Source: Tricharina praecox
Taxonomy: Eukaryota
Assembly: GCF_024521635.1 (NCBI RefSeq)
Contig: NW_026250422.1
Coordinates: 558,001-622,000 of the forward strand
Reading direction: 5' to 3'
DNA length: 64,000 nt
Shown: one piece after another, positions 48,298 through 60,520 of the stretch
Numbering within the stretch: the first letter of the stretch is position 1
Layout of the letters: the number at the start of each line of letters is the position of its first letter
Notes under the pieces: model-generated
Databases searched by the model: none
Seen by the model: only the letters and a program-made list of their open reading frames with translations
Told to the model about the DNA's origin: nothing
Position numbers and translations under genes: made by a program

Positions 48298-50351
48298 TCA
48301 CGTCTCAATCAACTGCTCTTCCTGCGGGGCTTGCTTCGGCGCGGAGTCCCTCGTGTCCTTACTCCCCTGCTTCCCCTTCCCCTTCCTATCCGCGGCGCTG
48401 GAGCGCTGGTAAAACTCATTAATGATCTTAGCCGGGATTCTGTTGAGCAGCTCCTTGGGGTAAATCCTAAGCAAGCTCCACGCGAGATCGAGGGACTCGA
48501 AAATGGTACGATTCTCGTATGCACCCTGCGCGATGAAGGAACGCTCAAACTTCTCGAGGAACTCGAGTGAGAGCTTGTCTTCGCTGCTGAGGGCCTCCTC
48601 GCCGACGACGGCTTTCATGGCGGCAGCATCACGCCCGATGGCGTACTTTGCGTACAGCTGGTTGGAGACGTCACCGTGGTCTTTGCGTGTCATGCCTTCG
48701 CCGATGGCGGATTTCATGAGACGGGAGAGGGAGGGGAGGACGTTGATAGGCGGGTAAATGCCGCGGTTGTGGAGTTGACGGTCGACGAAGATTTGTCCTT
48801 CCGTGATGTAGCCGGTCAAATCGGGGATAGGGTGGGTGATGTCTTGATGCGAGCGGTCAGTATAGGTACAGTGGTGGGGGGAAGTGTTCTTACCATCGTT
48901 AGGCATAGTCAGGATAGGAATCTGAGTGATGGATCCATTACGGCCCTCAACACGACCAGCACGCTCATATAGGGTAGACAAATCCGTGTACATGTAACCG
49001 GGGTAACCACGACGTCCAGGCACTTCCTCTCTGGCGGCCGAAACCTCACGTAAGGCATCGCAGTAAGACGACAAATCCGTCAGAATGACGAGGACGTGCT
49101 TCTCAAGCTGGTAGGCGAAGTATTCGGCAGTGGTCAACGCGAGACGAGGGGTGATGATACGCTCGATAGTTGGGTCGTTGGCCAAGTTCAGGAACAGCGT
49201 GACACGCTCCAGGGAACCGTTCTCCTCGAAGTCGCGGGTGAAGAAGCGACTGGTTTCCAAGTTTACTCCCATAGCTCCGAAGACGATGGAGAAGTTGTCC
49301 TCGTGGCCGTCGTGAATGCCCTTGTCGGGCCGGTTTCCCTTGACCAAGCCGGCTTGACGACAGATCTGTGCGGCGATGTCGTTGTGGGGCAGACCGGCAG
49401 CGGAGAAGATCGGAATCTTCTGGCCACGAGCTACACACCGTAATTATCAGCTCACCATTCCTCCACTCCCCGACCAGCTAGCTATTCCACTTACCGACAG
49501 AGTTCATAGTATCGATAGCTGAAATACCCGTCGAGATCATCTCCTCAGGGTACACGCGCGAGTACGGATTAATCGGAGAACCGTTGATATCCAGATACTC
49601 CTCCGCGAACACCTTGGGACCTTTATCGATGGGTCTTCCAGAGCCGTCGAAGATACGTCCTAGCATGTCCTCCGAGACTGGGATCTTGAGGTTCTCTCCC
49701 GTAAACTCGACGGTCGTCTTTCGTACATCGACTCCGGATGTTCCCTCGAAAACCTATCCCAATGTGTAAGCATCGGGCAGTTGGTCATACACCCAGAGCG
49801 AGGAGAGGAGGAGGAGGAGGAGGAGGAGGAGGAGGAGGAGGAGGAGGAGGACAGACCTGCACAATAGCTCTGCTCCCACGGACTTCCAGCACCTGTCCGG
49901 CACGCTGCGACCCATCCGGAAGCGTCAAGTTGACGATCTGCGGACAACCATTGATTTAGTAACAGTGATTCGAAGGAAAGGGCAGGTATCCTGAGATGCG
50001 CACCTCGTTGAAACGTGGGTATTTGACATTCTCTGTTCCACTCAATCAGCACTTGCGCAAGCTCCCAGGCTCGTTGGAGGGTGGTTGCCGTACCCAGGAT
50101 CACCAGAGGACCGTTGACACCAGCCACAGTGTTGTATTTGATTCTCGGATTGACCTTTCCTGACTGTTAAACTTCATTCCTTCCTTTCGTGGTGGGATAT
50201 GAGGGCATGTACACCGTAGTTTCGTGTCACGGCAGCTACGTTGATAGCAAAGGCCTGTACGTTACGACACCTCCGATTAGCTCCACCTCAAGCTTGGGCG
50301 GGCAGGAAGAGAACATACCTCGGAGGCCGTCATCCTGGGATCGGTCACCAT
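48298..50351 (-). CDS. VMA2: V-type ATPase subunit B
   Basis: [106 protein letters not shown]. Confidence 0.97.
49801..49851. repeat. (GGA)n trinucleotide microsatellite within a VMA2 intron
   Basis: About 15 GGA units seen directly. Confidence 0.9.
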
Positions 50352-50799
50352 ATCGAAAGAATCAACAGATGCCTCGTTCTAGTAGGCCGTTCGAGGTGAT
50401 GATGGTAGTGTTGGTTTGGTGTGGGGAAGGTACTGTATTGGTTGGAGGTGGTGGTGAAGTGAGGCGGCGGAATTAGGTTGGCGAAATGACGAGCCGACCA
50501 CACCGCACCGGACCAGGATGGTATCCTGGCCCAAGCCACTCTACATACGTCGATACCGCAATCACGTGGTGGCTACACCGGGCGTATCTGGATTATCGTG
50601 TCATCACTTCGATTAGTAGGTATCGGTCGATATACAAAAGAACGCTCAAATATTCCTACAGAACCGCAGGCGCAGAAAGGGATGCTCTACTCTCGGGTTG
50701 TGTCGTGATATCGATGCAAGAGAGTACAAAAAAACAAGAGCAAACTACAGCAAGCTATAAAAACGAAAACAATTGCAACAGCCGACTACAGCTCCTAGT

Positions 50800-53026
50800 C
50801 TAATCATCGCCGATGCTAGCAAACTTGTCCATCATCTCATTCCACAGCTTCTCGTACTTCGCACAGACGACCTTTTCTCCGTCATCCGGAATCTATCGGT
50901 ATGGTTAGTAATCTATTTAGCTGCAAGGAGAGCTGAATATACCTCGAACTTCATGGAACGAAGCTGGTGCTGAATATCGGATGTAGCCTCCCTGACTTTG
51001 GTCCAAGACACACCCGACTGCACGGCCTTCTGTGACTCGTCAAAGAAACCCACCATGGCCTTCATCATCCACAGAGTCTTCCAAATGGGACAATATTGGT
51101 CGTGGGCCGAGTAACCGTTCTGCTGCAAGAAGTCCTCCTTAATCAGAGAGCTGACGTCAAGCGTGATTTTGTCGGGGTCCGAAAGTGCCGATTTTCCGAC
51201 CAGCTGCACGACCTGGTCCAACTCCTCACTGTCGGACAAGAGCTGCTTGATTCTGTCCCTGAGCGTGGGGAACTCGGGGTAGTTGGACTGGTAGTACTTA
51301 TCCAGGACATTAGAGTACTTCGAGTAACTGATGGATGTGTTGACGCTGGGGAAATGTTTTCGCTGGGCGAGCTTCTTGTCGAGACCCCAGAAGACCTGCA
51401 CGATACCGAGAGTTGCTGAAGTGACCGGGTCCGAGAAATCACCACCGGGAGGGGAGACAGCTCCGACGATACTGACACTTCCGTATCTTCCAGGGCTACC
51501 GAGTGACTTGGCCTTTCCGGCACGCTCGTAGAAACTGGCTAGCTTAGCACCGAGATAGGCGGGGAAACCTTGATCTGCGGGCATCTCTCCGAGACGTCCG
51601 GAAATCTCACGCAAAGCCTCGGCCCAGCGGGACGAAGAGTCTGCCATCATGGCCACGTCCTTTCCTTGATCACGGAAGTACTCGGCCAAGGTGATACCAG
51701 TGTAGATGGAAGCCTCACGGGCAGCGACAGGCATGTTGGAGGTGTTCGCGACCAAGGTGGTACGCTTCATGATGGGCTCCTTGCGGCCGTTGATCTCGAT
51801 AGACAGCTCAGGGAAGTCCATCAAGACTTCAGCCATCTCGTTTCCTCGCTCTCCGCATCCGACGTAGATAATAGTGTCCGAGTTTGAAAACTTGGAAAGC
51901 GCCTGAGAAATAACTGTCTTTCCACATCCAAAGGCTCCGGGAATACACGTCGTACCACCCTGGACACAAGGGAACAGGGCATCCAAGACACGCTGACCGG
52001 TCAACAGCGGATAATCCGCTGTAAGCTTCTCGGCCACCGGCCGAGGAACACGAACGGGCCAAGTGTGCATCATGCTGACCTCCTGCGTCTTCCCATCGAA
52101 CTCGACCTCAAGAACTGTATCCCTCACCGTGTAGGAACCCTTCTCGGCAATGCTCGTGATGGTACCCTTCACGCGTGGTGGAAGCATAATCTTGTGGTCA
52201 TCGAGAAGCGAGTTCTCCCAAACACTACCGAAGATATCTCCACCGGTGACGTGATCTCCGACCTTGAAGTCTCCGGGTGTGAAATCCCACGACTTTTTCG
52301 CGTCCAGGGCCGGTGTCGCGATACCACGGGGAATGTAGATGCTGTTGGACATTTCGCTGATGGCCTTCAAGGGTCGCTGAATTCCGTCGTAGATGGTCTC
52401 CATCAAACCGGGTCCGAGCTCGACCGATAGCGGCTTTCCGGTTCGCAGGACGGGATCTCCGACGGTCACACCAGCTGCAGAAAAGAGTCAGCCATTGTGC
52501 TTCATCCGCAAATACAAGATTCCGGAGCAAGACCTGTCTCTTCATAGACCTGGATGGTGGCTTTGTCGGCTTCGATTCGGATGACCTCGCCGACCAGTGC
52601 ATCGTGACCGACACGGACCTGAAAGAACAGAAGAAGTGATTAGCTATCCCCAGCTCGGATGAACGATCCCGCCCATGCAGAGAAGACCTACAAGCTCGTA
52701 CATAGCACATCCGATCATGTTCTCCGCGACGACGACGGGTCTATAGTAGCAAGCTGTCAGTATCCATTATCGGAATAGCGTTCTTGACTTCTTTTCAATC
52801 ATACCCCGAGACCGAATAAATGGAACCTGTCGTGGTGCAAAAATCATCAGCTTGAGCTCTTACGCCCACTGTATCGCGGGGGAATGAATGACGTCCATAC
52901 CATAATCACCCTCCCTCGCATACTCCTCCGCCCTTTTGGCATCCTTTCTCGCGTTGCTTAGTGACTATTCGAGAAAGAGAGAGTCAGCTATGAGATATCC
53001 CGAAGGGCAGCGGAATGACGAACCAT
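50800..53026 (-). CDS. VMA1: V-type ATPase catalytic subunit A (no intein)
   Basis: [21 protein letters not shown]-loop [48 protein letters not shown]; the ATG is followed directly by an intron. Confidence 0.97.
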
Positions 53027-53671
53027 GGTTGAATGGTGGGAGTTTTGTTGCTCTGACAGACCTCAGATGCATGAGTTAACGAACGGACCTGGTATCTCCA
53101 CCACCTGCTACGACACCGCCAAGACTACCTCGGGTTGCATGAGCTAAGAGCTAACCTGGAAACAGTGGAATAATGGATGATCACAATAACTTCTATTTAT
53201 TTGGACTGCTTTACAAGCGTTAAACAAGTACATCATTCGATAGTAATCTCATATTTTTTGTTTAATCGTCATTACATTCGACGTTATTAGATCATGGAAA
53301 TTTGATAGTAATCGAGTCAAGTTTGAAATATCACCAAATTCATAGGCGAACCATGGGCCATGATTTCGGGCACATGTCCTTGGGCGATAAGCTCCTATCG
53401 AGCCAGACGCTTGCACAGCAGTTTCGAGCTCGATTGCTGATTCGCCACACATCACGTTGCACAATTCAATTGTGCCCATGGTTTCGATGACTATCTCATT
53501 TCGTGGTGTTCTTTGCATTTTAAAACATCTCCGAAAATTGTGACCCCACACGAAGTATCCGCCCATTACGCGGTCCACCAAACTCCCCAGACTTTTGTAA
53601 ACCTTTTGCGGACACATACAGACAGAGAAAGAGAGAAGCACGAGCTAAAAGATACCTCGCCCAACGCACAA

Positions 53672-54825
53672 TCAAACTTCGTCCTCGCTGACACTTTCGT
53701 CCTCGTCTCCTGAGATCTCCTGGTTCTCTTTTTCTTTCTTGTCCATGAGAGCCTGCAGCTCGGCATCGTCGGATTCGGTGACAGCCTTAGGTGCCATCTT
53801 GACGGTGCAGCTTCCGCCGGCAGCTGTAATTGACGCCTCGAGATCCTTGATGGCCTCTTCAAGAACTTGTATACCGGTGGTCTTGTCCAAGCACTGCGAG
53901 GTGAGGACGTAAAGAGGCGGCGAAACGAGCTTCACCTTGACGGGAGTGTCTGGGGTGTTCTTGGCCTCAGCCTTGCGAAGAGCTTCCTTGACGGCGTCGA
54001 TGCCCTCGTATCCGAAGCAAGTAACCTCTACGTCGGCACGGACCTTGGTGGGCTGTGGCGTAAGACGCTTCGAGATGTAGTTGGTGAGCTCGGCACGCAC
54101 CGCCTCAGACGGGAACTGAACATCATCCCACACATCCGGGTTACTACGTAGCAGGAGATGTTAGAACCACATTCACAGATAGCTGAAGCTTTTCTGAACA
54201 TACGTGATGGAGTATTTAAACGCATCAACAGCGTGTCCATATTTCTTCTGCAGAGGCCATCCGATAGTCTCGTAGAGGGTCTCAATAGGCTCCTTGACCT
54301 TTTCGGCCACGTGCCTCAAGATCGAATGGACCATTTTGCTCTTGTTGAATCTCTCCTCGCACTTGATCACATCCTCGGGGGAGACCCGGCGCTTGGAAAG
54401 ATCAATGTAACCTATGATCGCAGCGCATATCAGCCACCAGCCCAGATAGTCAGTCTTTCACACTTTTCGCATATTACATACCCTTCTCTTTGTCAACCCT
54501 GAGCACAACCACGACCTCATTCCGGCCAACTCGGATGAGCTTCTGAATGGAACGGATACGCCGTCTCGACAGTTCACTGAGAAGGATCATGCCATCGATG
54601 TTATCGTATTCTAGAAGCTTCACGTAGGCACCCATCTCGGCGATCTGTGGGTTTGCGCAGATGAGGCGCAGAGTTAGCGCTCTGTGTCATAGTACAAAAT
54701 CGTCGAAATCAGAAGATAATGGGATGAACTCTTCATCTTGAGCGTACCTGCTTGACGTTGACCATGACATAGCTATCGACCTCAGGGTATTTGTCCGGAT
54801 AGTACCGGCAGTTGACGAAAGACAT
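53672..54825 (-). CDS. SUI2: translation initiation factor eIF2 alpha
   Basis: [39 protein letters not shown] (regulatory Ser51 motif), [26 protein letters not shown]. Confidence 0.97.
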
Positions 54826-55734
54826 GGTGGCGGTGGTAATGGATGTAGCGGGGAGACTAGTAGTCAAAGTGGTGCCGGTGAGACGTCGGAGGAAGTGGCT
54901 TTATTTATTGCGTCTGGTGTACTGGAAACACAGGCGCTTTCTAGATGAAGCCGTCGCGTCGAGGCCGGAGGTGCGTATCTTGGTGGTGGTAGAGAAGAAG
55001 AATTAGTGATAGTGAGGGGTGTTGGGTTGGGTTGAGTGGTGATGTGGGGTGGCCATTTTGGTGCTAGCACTGATTTTTTTTTGAATTTGAGCCGCACAAC
55101 ATTCAAAGACCACAGCCCTTTCCTACAGTGACTCAAAAAGTCCAGGCCTTCCATATCACTATTATACACTCAACCTTTGCTTTTATCTTATGAAGGTTAG
55201 AGGAGTCATACAGGCAGAAGGTGAAATTTGTTCGCGATCACGAGAAACCCTTTGCAGGACCGAGTGATATCATGTGACCTGGCCTCGAAACAAATTTAGA
55301 CCCTGTTCGGGTGCCAGCTGTATTTTCAAACCTGGGGTTTCTAACGAGTTGGAGGTTAAAAAAGCTGCAGCTGCAAAGTCTCATCCCCCAACGACCCGTT
55401 CGGCAACCTAGAGGTTCAACAGCACGACACACTTTTTTTGACTACGGGGGCTACGCTGGTATGTATTGGTGGTTGTCGGTAGAGTCTATTTGTAAAGTTA
55501 TGGCTCAGTCGACAACATGTAGTTTCTCAAATTTTCAACTTGGGATGGTGTGCCGAACGGTCACCCATCGCCCGGAAACTGGGGGTTTCAAACTGCATCT
55601 CAATCTTGTGTGGTATATTCAAAATGCAGCTGACACCCGAACAGGCCCTTATTCATCGTCTGAGCATCGGGATCGAAGTACAAGTACCATGAACGAAAGG
55701 CACTCCATTAAATATCTGCTATCTGGTTTCTGCT

Positions 55735-57701
55735 CTAATCCTCATCCCAGTTCTTGCTGGGAGCTGGCGGCTTGGGCCCACCGGCCTGTCTCGCTACGAT
55801 GATCTGGTCCACAGACAAAACCGTTCTCGCAGCCTCCGTTGCTAGCTTGATAGCACAGCTCTTTGCAGCAAGCAGATCAAGAATACCCTTCTCCTTGGCA
55901 TCGAGCATACCGGTTCCTTTTTCGTCCTGTTTTGATGGTCAGATTTTTGACAGAGGCAGCGGACATGTGTTACTTACGTCAATGTCAACACCAGCCGTCC
56001 ACACGTCCCTCTTGTGGTGGGCAGCGTACAACCGACTCAGAACCTCGGTGGCGTCGAGACCAGCACTCTCGGCAAGTGTCCTGGGGATGACCTCGAAGGC
56101 CTCTCCGTACTTCTTGATAGCGTGCTGAAGAAGACCGGGAGTCTTCTCACCGTAGGCAACGATGCGTTCGATGAGCTGCATCTCGGTTGCGCCGGCACCT
56201 GGTACGAGACGGGCATCTCTTGTGATGGCCTTGACAACATTGACACCATCGTCGACGGCACGCTCCAGGTCATCGAGGTGGTTCTGCGTGGCTCCTCGGA
56301 TGACTATGGTCGCAGTCTTTGTGGTCTCGTTCTCTGGAAGACATTAGCTGGGCTATGATATCCTTCTGGCCAATAATGAATGCATACCTTGCCGGAAAAC
56401 AGTTACACGGTCACCACCGATCTCCGTGGTCTCAACAATATCGATGGAACCCATCTCATCAGGCATTGGGGCACCAAGTCTGGCCAATGGTGTGGCACCA
56501 ACGACTCGACACAACCGCCGCAGCTCGAATTTGCTCAGAACCTTGATAGCGAGGATTCCATACCTGTTCAAGTAATGAAGAGCAAGCTCTCCCAGCGTTG
56601 AACCAGCTACAACAACCCTCAAACCGCAGTCGTGGAGCTCCTTGATAGCTTGTTCTAGCTGCACCTCCTCACCCTTCGTAAAGTCAAGCATCTCCTTAGC
56701 GTTGTGGAGCAGCACTGTGCCTTTGGTCTCCGTCTGGGAGATGTCAATGGGGCAAGAGAAGACCCCGACCTTGGCCTTAGTTGCGCTCTTGACGGAGCCG
56801 TCGGGTGACCGTGGAAACACCATACCCTTGACGACTCTGCTCTCGGTCAGGGACGAACCCATGATCTTGACGACACGGATGTTGTCGACATTGAAGTTGA
56901 GGGGGTTTTTCGGGAGGACGGCGAGGACGGCTTCGGCGACGAGGGGAGCGATGATATCTTCGTTTCCGAGCTGCTTGGAGGCAACGACGGTCTTGATGGC
57001 CTTGGTGAGCTCCTGGATATCACGGATGTCGGCGACCTTCTCGACCACGAGTTCTGTACAGGAGAACTATCATCAGCAAGCGCATCCATAGCAGGGCGTC
57101 GGGGATAATTGTTACCTTCCAGAGTCTTCAAAGCAAACTCCTGAGCCTTCTCGTAACCAGCTACGATATCCGAAGGGTGCAATCCAATCCTGATCAAACC
57201 CTCGGCCATCTTGAGCATCTCGCCGGCCAACACGATCACCATATTCGTAGCATCACCCATCTATCACCATCATCCCGTCAATACCAATCAACCTCCTGCT
57301 CCTTCCCTCGGGGGTGATGGTAACTAACCTCCGCCTCCTGCTGCTGACTCGCCATCACAACTAGCTTCGCGGCGGGATGTACCACATCCAGCTCCCTCAA
57401 GATAGTCGCGGCATCGGATGTCAATATCATCTTTTGCAGATGATTGATGACGATCTTGTTTCTGCCGCACGGACCGAGTGATGTCTGCACCGTCGAAGCA
57501 ATTGCCTGGCACGCATCGATGTTTCTGATCACGGCACCATCTTCGCTCGAATAGCTATCACCATATCCCAATCAGCATACATAATCTACCATCACGTCGC
57601 ATCACATAGGAGAAAGATAGACGTGTTGTCTTCACCACGAACTTTTGGTATCCGGCCTTGAAGAGTCCACTCCCGGGGGCGGAGGGAATCTGCAGCGACA
57701 T
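55735..57701 (-). CDS. CCT8: TRiC/CCT chaperonin subunit theta
   Basis: MSLQIPSAPGSGLFKAGY, EDGAVIRNI, LGPCGRNK.VINHL, HPAAKL, MGDATN, TETKGTVL, SKFELRRLCR, ERAVDDGVN, GGPKP..NWDED*. Confidence 0.96.
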
Positions 57702-58506
57702 TGTGAGGGGTTACAGAAGCTTCGTAGAGGCTTATATTCGGTAGGGTAGTATCGTCGGTCCGCCCGGAATGGTGAAAAGGAAGCCGTTGATGAAAACTGG
57801 GGGAATCGGGAGGTGTGTATTTGATGCTATCAAGCCTCAGATTCCTCCCTCTGAACTTTCAGATTGTAGCCGCAAGGCTTGGCTGCTTGGTCACGCTGCC
57901 AAGGAAATAAATACTGAAGACAGACACTTGCGAGTGGACCGCCTGCATTTCCTTTCTTTTCTGTACACCCAGCTGCACCACTATTTCTCATCGACACCTA
58001 TCGCCGGACCCTCACATCCTCCTATGTAACATTTAGGCAAGACATCCCCACATGTTCAGGTTCCTAAGGACGGCGGCGGTATCCCGTCTATGGAGTCTAC
58101 AGAATTGGCTGCATGCGCAGACGTCGTTCTCTCAATTCTGATCGCACCACCTATCGAGCCCATATTGTCGGCTCCCTCGGTCAGTTCTGAGAGTAGAACT
58201 GCACGAGCGAGACAATGAGGTGGGAGGAGATTCAATGCATCATGAAACACCATCTGATCACGATCGCTTTAATTGCACTTTTTTACATACCACCTCTGGA
58301 TATCTAATAACCCGCGGTATCGCACCCTACAGCCGCGGGATACAAATACAGAGGAGAGCAAACCTAGCATTCGTGCTCGGGCAATATGTGTCTCTCGGCC
58401 TCACAATAGCCACAGAGTGATCAAACGTTGCCAAACATCTAGTACAACAAAGCGCGCCTATGCCTGTCAAATTCATCTCAGACGCCTTCGTGAAAAAGAC
58501 GCGGAT

Positions 58507-59548
58507 CTATTTTCCATCGCCCTTGTAGTCCTCATCCGGGAAAAAGATCTTCCGGTCGGGACCTCGCTCGGTGAGCACCACCATCCTGATAACACCACCC
58601 GAGCTTCCGTCCCACTTGATCGCCTCCGTCAACGATCCCTTCACAAACTCAACTGCCTCCTCTTCGGTCATGCCGTCTTTCCAGTTCGCATCACAGTAAC
58701 CGTAGATGTATGTCGAACCGGAGCCGCCGATGGCATACGCCTGCTTGTGAAGGGAACCGCCCAATGGGATTGAGTACACTTCTCCACCTCTGCGCTTGTC
58801 CCAGCCGGCAATGATGATGCCCGCACTCAGCTGATCCTTGTTTGCGTAGCAGATCTCCTGGAAGATGGCGCCGGCGATGGCAGTGGTAGGTGGCTGAGCA
58901 TTCTGGACACTGGTACGAAAGTCAACACACGACAACCGGACGCTAAGAAAGACGGTAACTAACTTGTACATCTGGAGGTGGTAGTGGACGATATCCGCGA
59001 CTGCTTGAGTATCTGCGGCCGATCCGGAGCTGGGTAGTGTTAGCTGTGCTGCCCACCGTAGGGAGTGGTGGTCAGGCTTACCGACAGCACCAGATGGTGT
59101 CGTGAACTTGGGTAAGCTTGTCAGTGACTCGGTTCGCGATGTACGATCCGGTGGTTGTTCGAGAATCGGCGCCTGGAAGTATCAATCAGTGAACGCTCCG
59201 GGGAGTTGAGATATCTGGGGCGTACCGAGCACAACCCCACCGTTGAAGGTCACCGCCATGCTAGTTGCAGGTTACCATCACAGCTCCAAAGCCATCTCCA
59301 GTTCATCGGCGTGCATCAGGGGACCGTCGAACGAGAATGTCTTACATTGAGGTTCCGAGGCTATAAGCTTTATGTCAGCATCATCATAGAAGGAAGATCT
59401 TGAGATGAGAACATACTTGACCTCGCCCTTCTTGAGATGCTCCATGTCGACATGGATGCCATCTGTTGCCATCCATCAGCATCGAAATCCCAGGGTGACG
59501 GAGTGTAGCAGATGGAAACTGACCGACGCTCAGATTTCCGGAAGGCAT
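58507..59548 (-). CDS. PRE3: 20S proteasome subunit beta1
   Basis: Spliced [94 protein letters not shown]. Confidence 0.95.
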
Positions 59549-60520
59549 GGTTTCGTGGCAAGTGTTGATGGATGGATATGTTGGTGGTTGAGTTTAGTGG
59601 CAGTGGTGGTGGTGGGGGGAGCTAGGGCGGTGAGGTTCGACGCGGCAGGCCGTGTGGATATGGCAACCTTGTGTGGCACCTCCGTTCTAAGTGAGGCTGA
59701 TGCGTGGCTGATGGGTAGCGCGAGCTTTAAGCTTGGCATGGCTATCACTCGTTCTGGCAGTTACGCGAGCACTACGAACAACGGGGAATAAGGCAATGCA
59801 ACATCACAGGATCCGTTTTCTTACAGCATCCTCGATGGCTCTGCGGAAGGTTAGTCAGCTCTCTGCCTTAAGTAGTTCATACGGAGCTGGTGAGAACGAG
59901 AAAGAGAGAACATCAATCTTATTGTCACATGCGGTCTGTCTACACTATGGCGACCCCTTGCCCGACATTTCTTCTGGCAAGTTGTGAACAAATCCATCCC
60001 GAGGAATCGGATTACTGCGGTAAATCCGTCTGTTATGGTAGCTGATTGATGCAAGTGCGCTTACAAGTCCTTCTCGTTAAACGCTGAAATCCTCTTCCTA
60101 GCAGCACAAGAAGAAGACGCGGACTCTCAGGTCAAGATCAGAAAGAGGCCGAATTCTGCAGCCCAAAGTTAAGCATATATAACAGGCGTATATCTCTCCC
60201 GGGCGGATTGGTTCCACTTTGGTGATGAGGATGGCGCAAGCGAAGACCGCTTCCCCCGCTTAGCCCCCCACCATGGACCAGTGACGGCCCCACCAACCCT
60301 TTTTGCGGTGCAGAGTGATGCAACCAAACAAGCAACCACCCTTCGGAGGACCCCTCCCCCCTCCATATGTAAATCGCTGTTGATACAGCTAAAAAACTCT
60401 TATTCTTCTTTTCTTCTCTTCTTCTTCTTCTCCTTCTTCTTCAGCCAATTGCCACTTCTTCACATCTGTTCGGTATCCGGTTTTTCTTTGACAATTCTAC
60501 CCACCGAACAAAAAGTAGCC

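Noticed and set aside
51840..51875. VMA1 intein (VDE) insertion site
   Set aside because: [13 protein letters not shown] is uninterrupted; there is no intein.
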